Source: an uncultured Gammaproteobacteria bacterium
GTDB taxonomy: Bacteria > Patescibacteriota > Microgenomatia > Levybacterales > UBA12049
Assembly: GCA_964503265.1 (NCBI GenBank)
Contig: CAZCYO010000005.1
Location: 39,151 to 103,150, forward strand
Reading direction: 5' to 3'
Length of the DNA: 64,000 bases
The position numbers and the translations under genes are program-made. The notes beneath the pieces were generated by a model. The model made no database searches, was not told where the DNA came from, and saw nothing but the letters and a program-made list of their open reading frames with translations. Shown here piece by piece: positions 19,532-29,540 of this stretch (within the stretch, counting starts at the first letter, position 1; each line of letters starts with the position of its first letter).

Positions 19532-20420
19532 GTTTCTTTTTTGTTTTAGTTTTTACTGTTTTCTTTTCAACGACTACTGGTGTGCTCACTGGAGTTTCTT
19601 TTTTAATCTTTGCGATCCATGGCTCAAGTCCGCCCCAGCCCTGTAATTTGTACTGCTGTATCATACCAAAAATTGTAAAAGTATTCCAGTAGAAAGATAG
19701 ACCGAGTGAGAAGCTAAATGAGAGGAAGGCGAGCATAGCTGGGAAGAGATATAATGATTGAGATTGAAATGCTGTCGCAAAGTCTGGCTCAGTTGGTTTT
19801 TTAGGTGCGGGAGCGAGATCAACTGCAGGAGCTGCAAACATCATTTTTGATTGAAGGAATTGAAGGAGTCCGGTGACGATTGGGATTAAGATAATAAGGT
19901 ATCCATAGTTCTGGAGTAACTCTTTTGGCGCAAGTCCAAGGGGTAATCCGAAAAACGTCGTGTCCCATGAATGACTAAGCTTAAGAAACGGCGCATAGGC
20001 GAGCGCATTAACTGTTTTAACAACCTGGTCTGGCTTTAATGTAATAATATGCTGCAAGACATTATAGAGGCCAAGAAGAACAGGGAGTTGAATGATCATC
20101 GGCAGACATCCAGCTGCTGGATTAACGCCATGCTCCTTATAGAGCGCCATAGTGGCTGATTGAAGCTTTTGAGAATCACCTTTATGTTGCTCTTTTAACC
20201 GAGTTAGATGAGGTGAGAGCTGTGACATTTTTTTAGAAGTCTTCAGTTGAGACGCCATAATTGGATAAAGAAGAAAGCGAATGACAATTGTCATAATCAC
20301 AATTGAAAAGCCAAGCGCTGATGGAACATGAAAGTACGCAAGGAGCTGATATATCGCAAGCAGCACATTTGTTAGCGGGGTAACGATGAGTAATTGGAAA
20401 ATGTCTGCGATGTTTTGCAT
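19521..20420 (-). CDS. yidC: membrane protein insertase YidC (short Gram-positive type)
   Basis: 299 aa; 60-kDa inner-membrane insertase core (LLYPIMASQLKTSKKMSQLSPHL...LYKEHGVNPAAGCLPMIIQLPVL). Confidence 0.9.
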   Translation of the reverse strand: MQNIADIFQLLIVTPLTNVLLAIYQLLAYFHVPSALGFSIVIMTIVIRFLLYPIMASQLKTSKKMSQLSPHLTRLKEQHKGDSQKLQSATMALYKEHGVNPAAGCLPMIIQLPVLLGLYNVLQHIITLKPDQVVKTVNALAYAPFLKLSHSWDTTFFGLPLGLAPKELLQNYGYLIILIPIVTGLLQFLQSKMMFAAPAVDLAPAPKKPTEPDFATAFQSQSLYLFPAMLAFLSFSFSLGLSFYWNTFTIFGMIQQYKLQGWGGLEPWIAKIKKETPVSTPVVVEKKTVKTKTKKKHGK

Positions 20421-20462
20421 GTAGACAGTATTATAGCACGAGTTTTCGTGGATGCAAAAAAT

Positions 20463-20786
20463 TTAGAGAGAAAGTTTTTGCAAATAGGTTGTTATTTCTT
20501 GTCTAAGAGCGTCGCTAGTGACTGACTTTGCGGCAGGATTAATAATAACCAAAAGATCATGTGAAGACTTCCAGTGGGGAAGAGAGAGATATAAGCAGGT
20601 ATGAATTTGTCGTTTTATGCGATTTCGTTCAACTGCGGAGGGAGATACACGCCGAGACACGACAACGCTTGCACGAGAGAGTGGGGAAGAGGCTACTTGC
20701 TGTTTAATAGTAACAAGAGGAAACCGTGTTGTGCGAGCTGAGGTAAAACGAACAAAAGAAGGAAGTCGATTGGCACGCTTAAGCAT
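20463..20786 (-). CDS. rnpA: ribonuclease P protein component
   Basis: 107 aa; N-terminal KRANRL motif and basic composition; located between rpmH and yidC. Confidence 0.85.
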   Translation of the reverse strand: MLKRANRLPSFVRFTSARTTRFPLVTIKQQVASSPLSRASVVVSRRVSPSAVERNRIKRQIHTCLYLSLPHWKSSHDLLVIINPAAKSVTSDALRQEITTYLQKLSL

Positions 20787-20925
20787 TGCTTACAATTGTT
20801 AAACTCTTTCGGCCTTTGTCACGTCGACGTTTTAAAACAAGCTTTCCTGCATGTGTAGACATTCTATTCATAAATCCATGTTTACGAATTCGCTTTACTT
20901 TTTTGAGTGTGATGAATTTTTCCAT
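20779..20925 (-). CDS. rpmH: 50S ribosomal protein L34
   Basis: My own translation gives MEKFITLKKVKRIRKHGFMNRMSTHAGKLVLKRRRDKGRKSLTIVSNA (48 aa), the canonical L34 pattern. It overlaps rnpA by 8 nt. It is not in the ORF track because it is under 60 aa. Confidence 0.9.
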   Translation of the reverse strand: MEKFITLKKVKRIRKHGFMNRMSTHAGKLVLKRRRDKGRKSLTIVSNA

Positions 20926-21130
20926 GTCTGTATTATAGCAAAGGAGATCTAGAATGTAAACGAAGCGAAAAATGTTTTTTCCACAAACGAGAGTTGTTTA
21001 TTGCTCATTTATGGATTTTTCATTTTTTTATTCTTTTTTAAGGCCAGGTGTTGCTAAATCACTAACTTAAGACTGAGTACAATTTCATCACTTGACACGA
21101 CTTATCCACATTACTACACTGATAGTTCGT
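20926..21130. promoter_or_regulatory. rpmH-dnaA intergenic region: candidate oriC/dnaA promoter with DnaA boxes
   Basis: Perfect DnaA box TTATCCACA at 21102-21110; a 1-mismatch box TTTTCCACA at 20977-20985; an AT-rich tract at 21001-21060. Confidence 0.6.
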
Positions 21131-22492
21131 ATGGAACAAACGAATAAACTTCTCTGGTCAACAGTTCTTAAAGAGATTGAAAAACAAACATCCCGTGCTA
21201 ACTTCTTAACCCTTTTTAAAAACACGTCTCTTGTCTCACTTGAAGAGAATATCGCAACTATCGCTGCGCCTTCAACAATGGTGATTGATTTACTCCAAAA
21301 ACGCTTTCTTCCCGTGATTAAAGAAGGAATAGACAAAAATTCTGGGGCAGATAATGATATTCTTTTTATAGTCCAAGCACCTGTGGCAAAAGAAGCACCA
21401 GAGAAATCTTCTTCAGATTCGCCGACACTTTTTACAGGGGGAGAAGAAGCACCAGTCAAAGCATCTGTCGGACATTTACCACGAGTTCGCGCAGATTACA
21501 CGTTTGCGACATTTGCGGTGTCGGGAAGTAACCAGCTTGCTTTTGAATCAGCAAAAACCGTCGCAGCAAGAATCGGGCAAACATATAATCCTTTTTTTAT
21601 CTATGGTCCAGTCGGAGTCGGCAAAACACATTTAATGCACGCTATTGCAAATGACGTCTATCAAAAAACTCCCGATAAGAAAATTATCTATATTACGAGT
21701 GAGGAATTTACCAACGAAGTTATTGACGCGATACGGACGAATAATACTGCACAAATGAAAAAGCGTTTTCGCGGTGCATTCTTACTTCTCATCGATGACA
21801 TTCAGTTCATCGAAGGAAAAGAGCGTGTTCAGGAGGAGTTGTTTCATACCTTTAATATATTAATTGACCAAGGATCTCAAATCGCACTATCTTCAGATCG
21901 TCCTCCTCAAGAAATTAAAAAACTTGAAAAAAGACTCTCATCCCGCTTTGCTGGAGGACTAACTGTCGATATTAGTAAACCAGACTTTGAGTTAAAAACT
22001 GCTATCTTACAAAAAAAATCGGAGAAGTATGGCTTTGAACTTCCAATAGACGTTGCCAAACTTATTGCTGAGAATGCAGAAGACACACGCACGCTTGAGG
22101 GGTTACTCCTAAGGACGATTACGCAAGCGACATCGAGTGGGGGAGCAATAACGATAGAGCTTGCACAAAAAGCACTGGGGGGAATGGTTGAGGAGAAATC
22201 AAATAAGCTCTATGCAGATGATGTTATCACAGCGGTCTGTGAACACTTTAACGTTAAGCCAACATTACTCAAAGGCCCAAAGCGTGATGCGTCAATTGTC
22301 AAAGCACGACAGATCACGATGTATTTACTGAAAGAAGAATTGGGCCTGACACTTGTTGAGATTGGGAATATATTAGGTGGTCGTGATCACACCACAGTCA
22401 TGCATGGTGTGGAAAAGATGGAGGGTCTTGTGGAGAACAAGGCTCGGGTGACTGAGGACATCATGGGGATAACACGGGGGCTGCGTGGGTAA
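21131..22492 (+). CDS. dnaA: chromosomal replication initiator DnaA
   Basis: AAA+ Walker A GPVGVGKTHL and a C-terminal DnaA-box-binding HTH domain. The start is taken at ATG 21131 (MEQTNKLLW...) rather than the TTG at 21092, because the TTATCCACA box lies between them. Confidence 0.95.
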   Translation: MEQTNKLLWSTVLKEIEKQTSRANFLTLFKNTSLVSLEENIATIAAPSTMVIDLLQKRFLPVIKEGIDKNSGADNDILFIVQAPVAKEAPEKSSSDSPTLFTGGEEAPVKASVGHLPRVRADYTFATFAVSGSNQLAFESAKTVAARIGQTYNPFFIYGPVGVGKTHLMHAIANDVYQKTPDKKIIYITSEEFTNEVIDAIRTNNTAQMKKRFRGAFLLLIDDIQFIEGKERVQEELFHTFNILIDQGSQIALSSDRPPQEIKKLEKRLSSRFAGGLTVDISKPDFELKTAILQKKSEKYGFELPIDVAKLIAENAEDTRTLEGLLLRTITQATSSGGAITIELAQKALGGMVEEKSNKLYADDVITAVCEHFNVKPTLLKGPKRDASIVKARQITMYLLKEELGLTLVEIGNILGGRDHTTVMHGVEKMEGLVENKARVTEDIMGITRGLRG

Positions 22493-22746
22493 AGAATTGG
22501 GATAACCCACGTGGTTTCAGATACACACATTTCATCCCAAAATTTATCAACAACATATCCACATTTATCCACAGCTGTCTTCATGTTTTGCAACAACTAT
22601 TATATTGATATTCTTCAATTCGCGAAACAGTAACTTAGCCATAAAAAGAAAGCTTTAGTGATCTGTCAAAACTTTTTATAGGATTACATCGTCTTGCATT
22701 TTTCCACTTTTCCATATACACTACTACGGCTACTAGAATATATATT
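22493..22746. promoter_or_regulatory. dnaA-dnaN intergenic region with DnaA boxes (alternative or additional oriC element)
   Basis: TTATCCACA at 22565-22573 and ATATCCACA at 22552-22560, followed by an AT-rich segment. Confidence 0.55.
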
Positions 22747-23868
22747 ATGAAGGTATCTCTTCTCTCGGATTTACTCCAGAAAAAACTCTCCTTTGTTAAC
22801 CATGCGGTCTCTGCAAAGTCACAACTTCCTGTACTTCTCAATATTTTGTTTGAAACTCGTGGTGGCGAACTCGTCTTAAGCAGTACAGATCTGGAGATAG
22901 GAATTGAAACAACAATTGCTGCACAAATTGAAGAAGAAGGAAGTATCACCATACCAGCCAGAACATTTACAGAACTTGTATCTAGTCTGCAACACGCAGA
23001 AATAACGATTGAAACAAAAGGTGATACTGTTCTGGTTAAAAGTGCAAAAACAAAAAGCACATTCCAAACCTTACCTCGCGAAGAATTCCCACGAATATAT
23101 GAAGATAAAGGTAAACAAATTGCTGTTGTAAATACGAAACAATTTCGTTCAGATATCCAAACAGTGGTTTTTGCGGCAGGGACCGATGCAGCTCGTCCTG
23201 CGCTCTCTGGTGTACTTGTTCGTAAGGATGCTACAGGTGGATTATTACTTGTTGCAACAGATGGATATCGACTCTCTCTAAAGCAACACATCTTAGAATC
23301 AGATAAAACGCATACGCTTTCTGAAGGAGAATCATTAATTGTTCCAGCTCGAGTTTTTCGCGAAACAGCAATGCTAAAAGATGAAGCAGAACACATGAGC
23401 ATATTTGTTACAGAACAAAGTAATCAAATTATGTTTGAAGGGGGAGAGACGTTACTTCTTGGGAGGCTTATCTCAGGTGAGTTTCCAAGCTACGAACGAA
23501 TTATTCCATCAGATTTTTCTGCAACAGCGACATTTGATCGAGAAGAAATGCTTAAAGCGGTTAAAATTTGTTCTATCTTTGCTCGTGATAGTGCGAATAT
23601 TATTAAATTCTCACTTCGAAGCAATAAAATTATCGTCTCATCAACCACAGCTTCAACTGAAGATAATACCGTTGAAATAGAATCAACACTCAAAGGTGAA
23701 GAAAACGAAATTGCGTTTAATGCGAGATATCTCCTTGAGTTTCTAAGTAATATCGAAGCAACGACGCTGACATTTGAAATGGTCGGGCCTCTTAATCCAG
23801 GAGTGTTTAAAGTAGAAAACGATGCTTCTTATTTGCATCTCATCATGCCAATTCGAATTCAAGAGTAA
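22747..23868 (+). CDS. dnaN: DNA polymerase III beta sliding clamp
   Basis: 373 aa; three-domain beta-clamp; the N-terminus MKVSLLSDLLQKKLSFVNHAVSAKSQLPVLLNILFE is typical. Confidence 0.95.
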   Translation: MKVSLLSDLLQKKLSFVNHAVSAKSQLPVLLNILFETRGGELVLSSTDLEIGIETTIAAQIEEEGSITIPARTFTELVSSLQHAEITIETKGDTVLVKSAKTKSTFQTLPREEFPRIYEDKGKQIAVVNTKQFRSDIQTVVFAAGTDAARPALSGVLVRKDATGGLLLVATDGYRLSLKQHILESDKTHTLSEGESLIVPARVFRETAMLKDEAEHMSIFVTEQSNQIMFEGGETLLLGRLISGEFPSYERIIPSDFSATATFDREEMLKAVKICSIFARDSANIIKFSLRSNKIIVSSTTASTEDNTVEIESTLKGEENEIAFNARYLLEFLSNIEATTLTFEMVGPLNPGVFKVENDASYLHLIMPIRIQE

Positions 23869-24507
23869 TTATTCTCCGGCAGGTGCAGCGTTTGTTGAAA
23901 TATCTTCTCCATATGTTGATATATATCGTTCTATCGTCATAGGTGTGTATTTATGGAATTCATAGATTTCATCAGTGTTAGGATTTCCGATAAAGGTAAA
24001 GCCTTGTGACGCATAGATGTATGTCTGTGCGTACCAGCCATAAAACGTAGAACCGCGAATTGTTCTCTCAGGTTTTCCAAACTGATTCATATAATCCGTA
24101 ATCGTTGCATATCCCTCGTCGGATGCATATTCTGGCGTGAGAACACGCTCAAAGATAACAACATTTTGACTATTAGTTATTAGTTGATCTGATCTGGCTG
24201 CAACAAGTGAAGAAAACGTATATACGGTGGAACCATTATCAAGCACTTTTTTTTCTTGAATGAGATCATATATTTCATCTGGTTCTTTCGTAAGTTTTTT
24301 CCCAGTCTCTGCGATTTGCAAAGGAGAAATAAAGGTGCTTGAAACTGGTCTTTGTGATTGAACGGTAGTTGGAATAGGAATAAAAGTAGGGGCAGATTGT
24401 TTAGAAGATGGAAAAAACGAAAATAAGAATAATGAAAAAAAGAATATCAGCAAAAACCCTGCGATAACAAAAAGTCTGTATTTAATAAGTAGTAACATGA
24501 TACTCAT
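23869..24507 (-). CDS. membrane-anchored hypothetical protein (first gene of the T4SS-like locus)
   Basis: 212 aa; N-terminal TM (LFVIAGFLLIFFFSLFLFSFF), the rest predicted extracytoplasmic; no recognised domain. Confidence 0.4.
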   Translation of the reverse strand: MSIMLLLIKYRLFVIAGFLLIFFFSLFLFSFFPSSKQSAPTFIPIPTTVQSQRPVSSTFISPLQIAETGKKLTKEPDEIYDLIQEKKVLDNGSTVYTFSSLVAARSDQLITNSQNVVIFERVLTPEYASDEGYATITDYMNQFGKPERTIRGSTFYGWYAQTYIYASQGFTFIGNPNTDEIYEFHKYTPMTIERYISTYGEDISTNAAPAGE

Positions 24508-24511
24508 ATGG

Positions 24512-25927
24512 TTAATTTAGTATAGATTTAGCGATTTCAAAATGAAAAGGTTTTAATACAGGAGTACTAAAAAATGGATTAGGAGGAGCTGCTGGAGCTT
24601 TCCCATCACAACTAGTTGTTGAAATACCAGCGTCAGGATTTAAATAGTATGCTACCATATCTGCGAAGTCTTCATCCTCATTCTTAGAACCCTCAATACA
24701 CGAACTTGCATTCGAACCATAGTAACTTACTCCTCCTTCCGACTGTCCAGCGATGATCGTATCATTCCAACGAATTTTCTCTCTATCATTACACATACGA
24801 ATGACGTGTCCAAGTTCATGAGTGAATATATATTTGAAAAATGCTTCCCCATACGGATATGCAATTAAACGAACTGATTCGTCCCCACCGTTTATATTCT
24901 TTTTGCCAGGACACCCAACTTGCGAAGAAGTCTCTCCACTGACTTTTTTAACGATTGCTCCTTTGACAAGTGAAGAGAAGTTAGTCCCTTTAATATCCCA
25001 CAGTTTCTCCCAAATCCATTTCATATAGTCAGAATTATTATCAAAGCCTTCGATGGTAATTCCAAATTGTTCTTTTATCGCACTGGCAAGATCAGTTGGA
25101 TAATTTGGTGGCTTCTGTCCGCGAGGACTTCCATCTCCTGTTTTCCCTCCACAATTAGGTGGGAGGACAGGTGATACGGAAGGATTTCCGACTTTCGTTA
25201 TGACACAAGGACTTTGTCCATCACTAGAACCATTTGCACTAATAGATGGTTTAGAAGAAGTATCTACATTTTTCGCAACATCGATAAGAAATTCTTTAAA
25301 AAAACCAACTCCCGGATCTGATCTGTTTGTGGGATTGAGTTGGTAATGACCAAATACCCCATCGCCTGATACCGGGTTATATTCATCAAATTTACTCGTC
25401 CAATCGTAAGAGAGTCCACTTACAGGAATATCATACTGTTTCATGAGTTGATTCACCAGCGTGACAGCAGCTGTATACTGGACTGGTGGAACAGATACTT
25501 TGTCGTGGAAGACACCGTTATATGTCATTTCAATTGAAATTGCTTCTTGGTTATAGCCTGCCACGGCGTATGCAACTTCTGTCGTTTTATCAAGGAGCTC
25601 AACTGTCTGAAGCATCTTCCCATCAGCACCGATGATAAAATGAGCATCTACACCTCGTCCCTCAGAGCCTGAAGCAAAGTAATTATATGTATCAAGAGCA
25701 TTCATACTTGAAGCAGTTGTATGCATCACTACTTTTCTGGGTATAACGCAGTCTCCTGGTCTTCCGTAATCCTCACCAAGAGGCACAAAGAGTTTTTGGA
25801 CATTCGGAAATGAAATAGGTGTTCCAGGACATGTGGTTGGCTGGTTTGCAGCCAACACAGGTGGAGATATTAGAAGTAGAAAGAAAATTAGATTAATAAG
25901 TAAGATTGCATATTTCATAATTAACAC
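24512..25927 (-). CDS. secreted two-domain cell-wall hydrolase: N-acetylmuramoyl-L-alanine amidase (Amidase_2/PGRP) + HExxH zinc metallopeptidase
   Basis: 471 aa; signal peptide; Amidase_2 motifs (VVMHTTASS...AHFIIGADG...AYAVAGYNQEAISIEMTY); a C-terminal HELGH motif (IFTHELGHVIRMCN). Confidence 0.7.
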   Translation of the reverse strand: MLIMKYAILLINLIFFLLLISPPVLAANQPTTCPGTPISFPNVQKLFVPLGEDYGRPGDCVIPRKVVMHTTASSMNALDTYNYFASGSEGRGVDAHFIIGADGKMLQTVELLDKTTEVAYAVAGYNQEAISIEMTYNGVFHDKVSVPPVQYTAAVTLVNQLMKQYDIPVSGLSYDWTSKFDEYNPVSGDGVFGHYQLNPTNRSDPGVGFFKEFLIDVAKNVDTSSKPSISANGSSDGQSPCVITKVGNPSVSPVLPPNCGGKTGDGSPRGQKPPNYPTDLASAIKEQFGITIEGFDNNSDYMKWIWEKLWDIKGTNFSSLVKGAIVKKVSGETSSQVGCPGKKNINGGDESVRLIAYPYGEAFFKYIFTHELGHVIRMCNDREKIRWNDTIIAGQSEGGVSYYGSNASSCIEGSKNEDEDFADMVAYYLNPDAGISTTSCDGKAPAAPPNPFFSTPVLKPFHFEIAKSILN

Positions 25928-26454
25928 CCTTTAGGCAATGCAGAGAATGTTTTCCCTTGTGCTTTTAGTTGTGTTAGAAGATCGTAGGAAGGGAAGTAGG
26001 AGATGGGAAGTGAGCAAATTGCTGACACACTTATTCCTTGATCGATAAACCAATTGAATGAAGCGTCTCGTGCAGTGTTCTCATCTTCTTTGATTTCAAC
26101 CTGAAATACATCAGGGGTTTTTAAATAAGAGATTGTATACGAGTCAGTCGATTGTAACACGCCCGATTCTCCTTGAAGACGAGCGACGAGGGCTGCTCGC
26201 TTTATCGCATCTTGTTCTGTCAAAGATGGTCTGTCAGTGATTTTATTGAGTAGTTTATCTGCACTTGATTCTCTTACTGTTGATTGGTCACTTGGTTGCT
26301 GTGTGTTTTGTCTGTTTTCTTGAACTGAGGTTATCGTTGGTGTCACTGATTGTATCGGAGAGGTTGGGCGACTGATAAAAAAGAGGACCATAATGCTAAT
26401 ATAAAATAGTATTAGTATTCCAGCGCCAATATAGAACAGTGTTACTCTACTCAT
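25921..26454 (-). CDS. membrane-anchored hypothetical protein
   Basis: 177 aa; N-terminal TM (LFYIGAGILILFYISIMVLFFI); Q/S/T-rich linker; no recognised domain. Confidence 0.4.
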   Translation of the reverse strand: MSRVTLFYIGAGILILFYISIMVLFFISRPTSPIQSVTPTITSVQENRQNTQQPSDQSTVRESSADKLLNKITDRPSLTEQDAIKRAALVARLQGESGVLQSTDSYTISYLKTPDVFQVEIKEDENTARDASFNWFIDQGISVSAICSLPISYFPSYDLLTQLKAQGKTFSALPKGC

Positions 26455-26481
26455 ACTACTAGTATAAATTGTTTTAGCAGT

Positions 26482-29400
26482 CTATTGCCAGAACGACTTC
26501 GCACACTCCCAATAGTGGAAACTAAGATTTATGGATTGTAATGAATTATTATAATTAATCGCATTTGTCACCTGGTTCCCCCACGCGACATCACCATGAT
26601 CATATTCTCCATTTTTCCCTTGCCCCATTTGGAATAGTCCCCAAGCCCCACCGGAATCTGGAGTCCCGACAGCAATAGGATCAGCCCACGCATTAGGATT
26701 ATAGCCACTCTCACAGGAGATAATAGTAAAGAACCATTTATCTGCATTTGCTGCATCTTTTTGTTTTAATAATGCATAGAGATTATCTCTCTCTTTCACC
26801 TCATCAAGTGTACATGAAGGATCTCCGAAGTTCTTATTCAAAGGATTTTTACTAATTGCACCTGCATATGTTCCATTACAATTATTTTCATTTGCTGCTT
26901 CATTCTCAGTTGACGGGATAGTCGTCTGTGTCGAAGTCGTTGCCTCGACTCCTACTGCCTGTGCAGTCGCTTGGTTAATGATATAGGTATCTTTAATTTC
27001 TTGGTTTGCTTTGACGACAAGTGTATATATTTGAGGTGTGAATGTTCTCGCAGATGATTGACTACCTGCTGTATAGGTTGTCGCTAACGTCTGCATCTTA
27101 TTTGAGAAGCTTTGCATATTTGAGACATAATATGGGCCCCAGCCCTCCATTGTCCCTCTCCAGTTGTCATTTGCTGAGATGTCTTTTGCTACTTCTTGTG
27201 CGATTGCAACCGCCCCAATTTCAGGGTCCATCAGAAGAATTGCGAGAGCTTGCTGGGCCTGTATATCTCCAGCCGTTGCTTTCGTCACAAGAGACGTAAC
27301 TGTTTCAGCTGGGAATGTCGCGGGATTTTTTATTTTGCCTCCTTTTACAGCCGTTGAGTTTTCAATCACGTTGTTTCCTACTTCCTGTACTTTTTCAGGA
27401 GAATCAGTTTTATAAACTTCCACAAAGTCTGCCGCAAGATGATTTGCTGCTTGAGCGACTTGATTCCCATATCCGACCTGCCATCCTCCAGAAGTAAACC
27501 CTCCACTACATCCTTCATTTATCGTTCCGGGTTTATCTAAGCAGTTCCATGAATACGGATTTCCTCCTGTTCCTTCGATCGCACCTGCCCAAATAACAGA
27601 GACAAAAGGATCGACGTATTTCTTGTCACTATTTTTTACTTTTGCTTGCAGGTACGATTGGTGTGCTGCGACAAATCCCCCAAGTGTGTTAAGACGAGAA
27701 ATTGCGTCTTCGGAAAAGGATTCTTGTGATTGTGTGGGTGAAGGAAGTAAATAGGGAGGTTTTGTGTATGTGTCAACGACAACTGCCGGTGTCTCTGCGT
27801 TTTCTAATCCAGACGCGCCTACGTTGTTTGTCGTCCAGACAATTTTTTTTATAGAACCTGCTTGTTTTACTGGGTCGGTAATAATAGTATTTGTATTATC
27901 GTATGCGATAAACGTTCCTGATGCGCTTGCAAACGTTGTTCCGTCGGGAACGTACTCAGTAGTCTCAAGAGATCGAGCTTTTCCTGCGTACGAGGTTGAA
28001 ATCGTATAGGTGAGTAGCTTTTCCTCATCAGTTAATTCGGATGGATTTTTAATCTCAGCTTTATTAACCGTTTTGCTAACGATAACGGGAATTGTCTCAG
28101 TTAGTTCAGAATTCTCCTGTGCTGTTTGTCCTGCCATGCCAAGTAACATAAAGATAAAGATGATTAGCAGAATAATGATGATAACGACTACTAATACAGG
28201 CACCCAGTACTCAGATGTTGCCGCAAGTCCTTTCTGGACAAGTTGTTTTGCCCCTTCTTTTATGGCTTGTTTTGTCTCTTTTTTCAATGCATTTCCAACC
28301 GCATTCCCGATTTTCTTCGCACCTTTTTGTGCGAGGTCTCTCGCTTTTTTCTTCCCACGGGAGAACGGACCATCAGTGTTATTGTTAGAAGACTGACTAT
28401 TAGTTGTTTGCTGGGCTCCTGGTTGATTTCCTGCATCCTGTCTCTCATCGCGAGTATGACTTCTCGCAATATCTCTTTCCTCCGCTTCTTCCCGTTCTTC
28501 CCGCGGTGCGTAGTGGGGAATCGAAAGCGGGGGAATGAGTGGTGGTAGTTCTGGCACATCTTGATCCTCTTCTTCGATTCTCTCTACTTCAATTTCCTGG
28601 ATTGCCTGTTGTATTGAACTATCTTGTTGCGCATATACCTCTGCTTTTTCAGGAAACTGCTCCACAAACTGCCGAGTATATACAGCACGTCCAATAGCAC
28701 CAACCTGCGCTTCTCCTAATTGCGAGACTGCATCTGAGTAATATGAAGGGGTTGGTGTTGTTAATTTTGCATATGCTTCCTGAAGCGACGTATATGATGC
28801 TTCCCACATTGGATCTTCTCGTTTATCTTGATGTATTTCTTTTCGCTCTTTCTGATAGTACTCCTGGAGAGCCCCCGTATGATATGCAAAGAAACGCTCA
28901 CGCGCGCTATTACTAGTAGCCGTAGTATGTGAATCGCCAAGCTCTCCACGAGGAGTGGTTTGTTCGAGATTTCTATCTTGAGCGATTTGGGTAAATCGTG
29001 GATCATGCGGTAGGTATTTCCTCTCAAGTGCTCGGCGATAGTTTACAGGATTCTCTTTAAAAAATCTGCGAATGATTTTTTCTGCTGCTGCTTTTTTTTC
29101 ACGTTCACGTATTTGTTCGGGTGTGTCTTCAGGTTGTAAAGCCTTGTTTTTCCTTAGTATATCTTCTGCTGCATCGACCGCTTTTTTTTCATCGCCTGGT
29201 TTTATAGGCGATGTCGCGTGTGCTCCTCCATGTCCACCTGTTGGGTGAGATGTCGTATGTTCTTTCTCTTCAGTTCGCATGTATGCGAGAGCATCATAGC
29301 CACCCAGTTCATCAAAATCATTTTTAAATTGAAGTAACTTGTCAGAAACGGATGCTCGCACATCAGGTTCAAGTCGTTGTTTCCATGTTACCCATGACGA

Positions 29401-29505
29401 ATAATCTTTTACATCGTTTTCTGAGGGATGGTATTGTCTGAGGAATGCTTCCCATTGCGAGGCTCGCTGTTTCTTAAGCGGATCGATGCGAGTATTTGTA
29501 GCCAT
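26482..29505 (-). CDS. VirB1-like large bitopic cell-wall hydrolase (cytoplasmic N-domain, one TM, extracellular domain with a C-terminal SLT lytic-transglycosylase-like motif)
   Basis: 1007 aa; TM VPVLVVVIIIILLIIFIFMLLGMAG; C-terminal ISCESGYNPNAWADPIAVGTPDSGGAWGLFQM matches the SLT catalytic E-S...GLxQ signature. Comparable to PrgK/TcpG/TraG-type hydrolases of Gram-positive T4SS. Confidence 0.6.
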   Translation of the reverse strand: MATNTRIDPLKKQRASQWEAFLRQYHPSENDVKDYSSWVTWKQRLEPDVRASVSDKLLQFKNDFDELGGYDALAYMRTEEKEHTTSHPTGGHGGAHATSPIKPGDEKKAVDAAEDILRKNKALQPEDTPEQIREREKKAAAEKIIRRFFKENPVNYRRALERKYLPHDPRFTQIAQDRNLEQTTPRGELGDSHTTATSNSARERFFAYHTGALQEYYQKERKEIHQDKREDPMWEASYTSLQEAYAKLTTPTPSYYSDAVSQLGEAQVGAIGRAVYTRQFVEQFPEKAEVYAQQDSSIQQAIQEIEVERIEEEDQDVPELPPLIPPLSIPHYAPREEREEAEERDIARSHTRDERQDAGNQPGAQQTTNSQSSNNNTDGPFSRGKKKARDLAQKGAKKIGNAVGNALKKETKQAIKEGAKQLVQKGLAATSEYWVPVLVVVIIIILLIIFIFMLLGMAGQTAQENSELTETIPVIVSKTVNKAEIKNPSELTDEEKLLTYTISTSYAGKARSLETTEYVPDGTTFASASGTFIAYDNTNTIITDPVKQAGSIKKIVWTTNNVGASGLENAETPAVVVDTYTKPPYLLPSPTQSQESFSEDAISRLNTLGGFVAAHQSYLQAKVKNSDKKYVDPFVSVIWAGAIEGTGGNPYSWNCLDKPGTINEGCSGGFTSGGWQVGYGNQVAQAANHLAADFVEVYKTDSPEKVQEVGNNVIENSTAVKGGKIKNPATFPAETVTSLVTKATAGDIQAQQALAILLMDPEIGAVAIAQEVAKDISANDNWRGTMEGWGPYYVSNMQSFSNKMQTLATTYTAGSQSSARTFTPQIYTLVVKANQEIKDTYIINQATAQAVGVEATTSTQTTIPSTENEAANENNCNGTYAGAISKNPLNKNFGDPSCTLDEVKERDNLYALLKQKDAANADKWFFTIISCESGYNPNAWADPIAVGTPDSGGAWGLFQMGQGKNGEYDHGDVAWGNQVTNAINYNNSLQSINLSFHYWECAKSFWQ

Positions 29506-29540
29506 ATACTAATCGTAGCAAGTTTCGTTTCATTTGACGA

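Noticed and set aside
21088-21459. 123-aa minus-strand ORF overlapping the dnaA 5' region, and the 255-aa minus-strand ORF 22635-23402 overlapping dnaN
   Set aside because: They are antisense to the highly conserved dnaA and dnaN genes and have Ser/Cys-rich unnatural composition. They are artefacts of the coding strand's codon bias.
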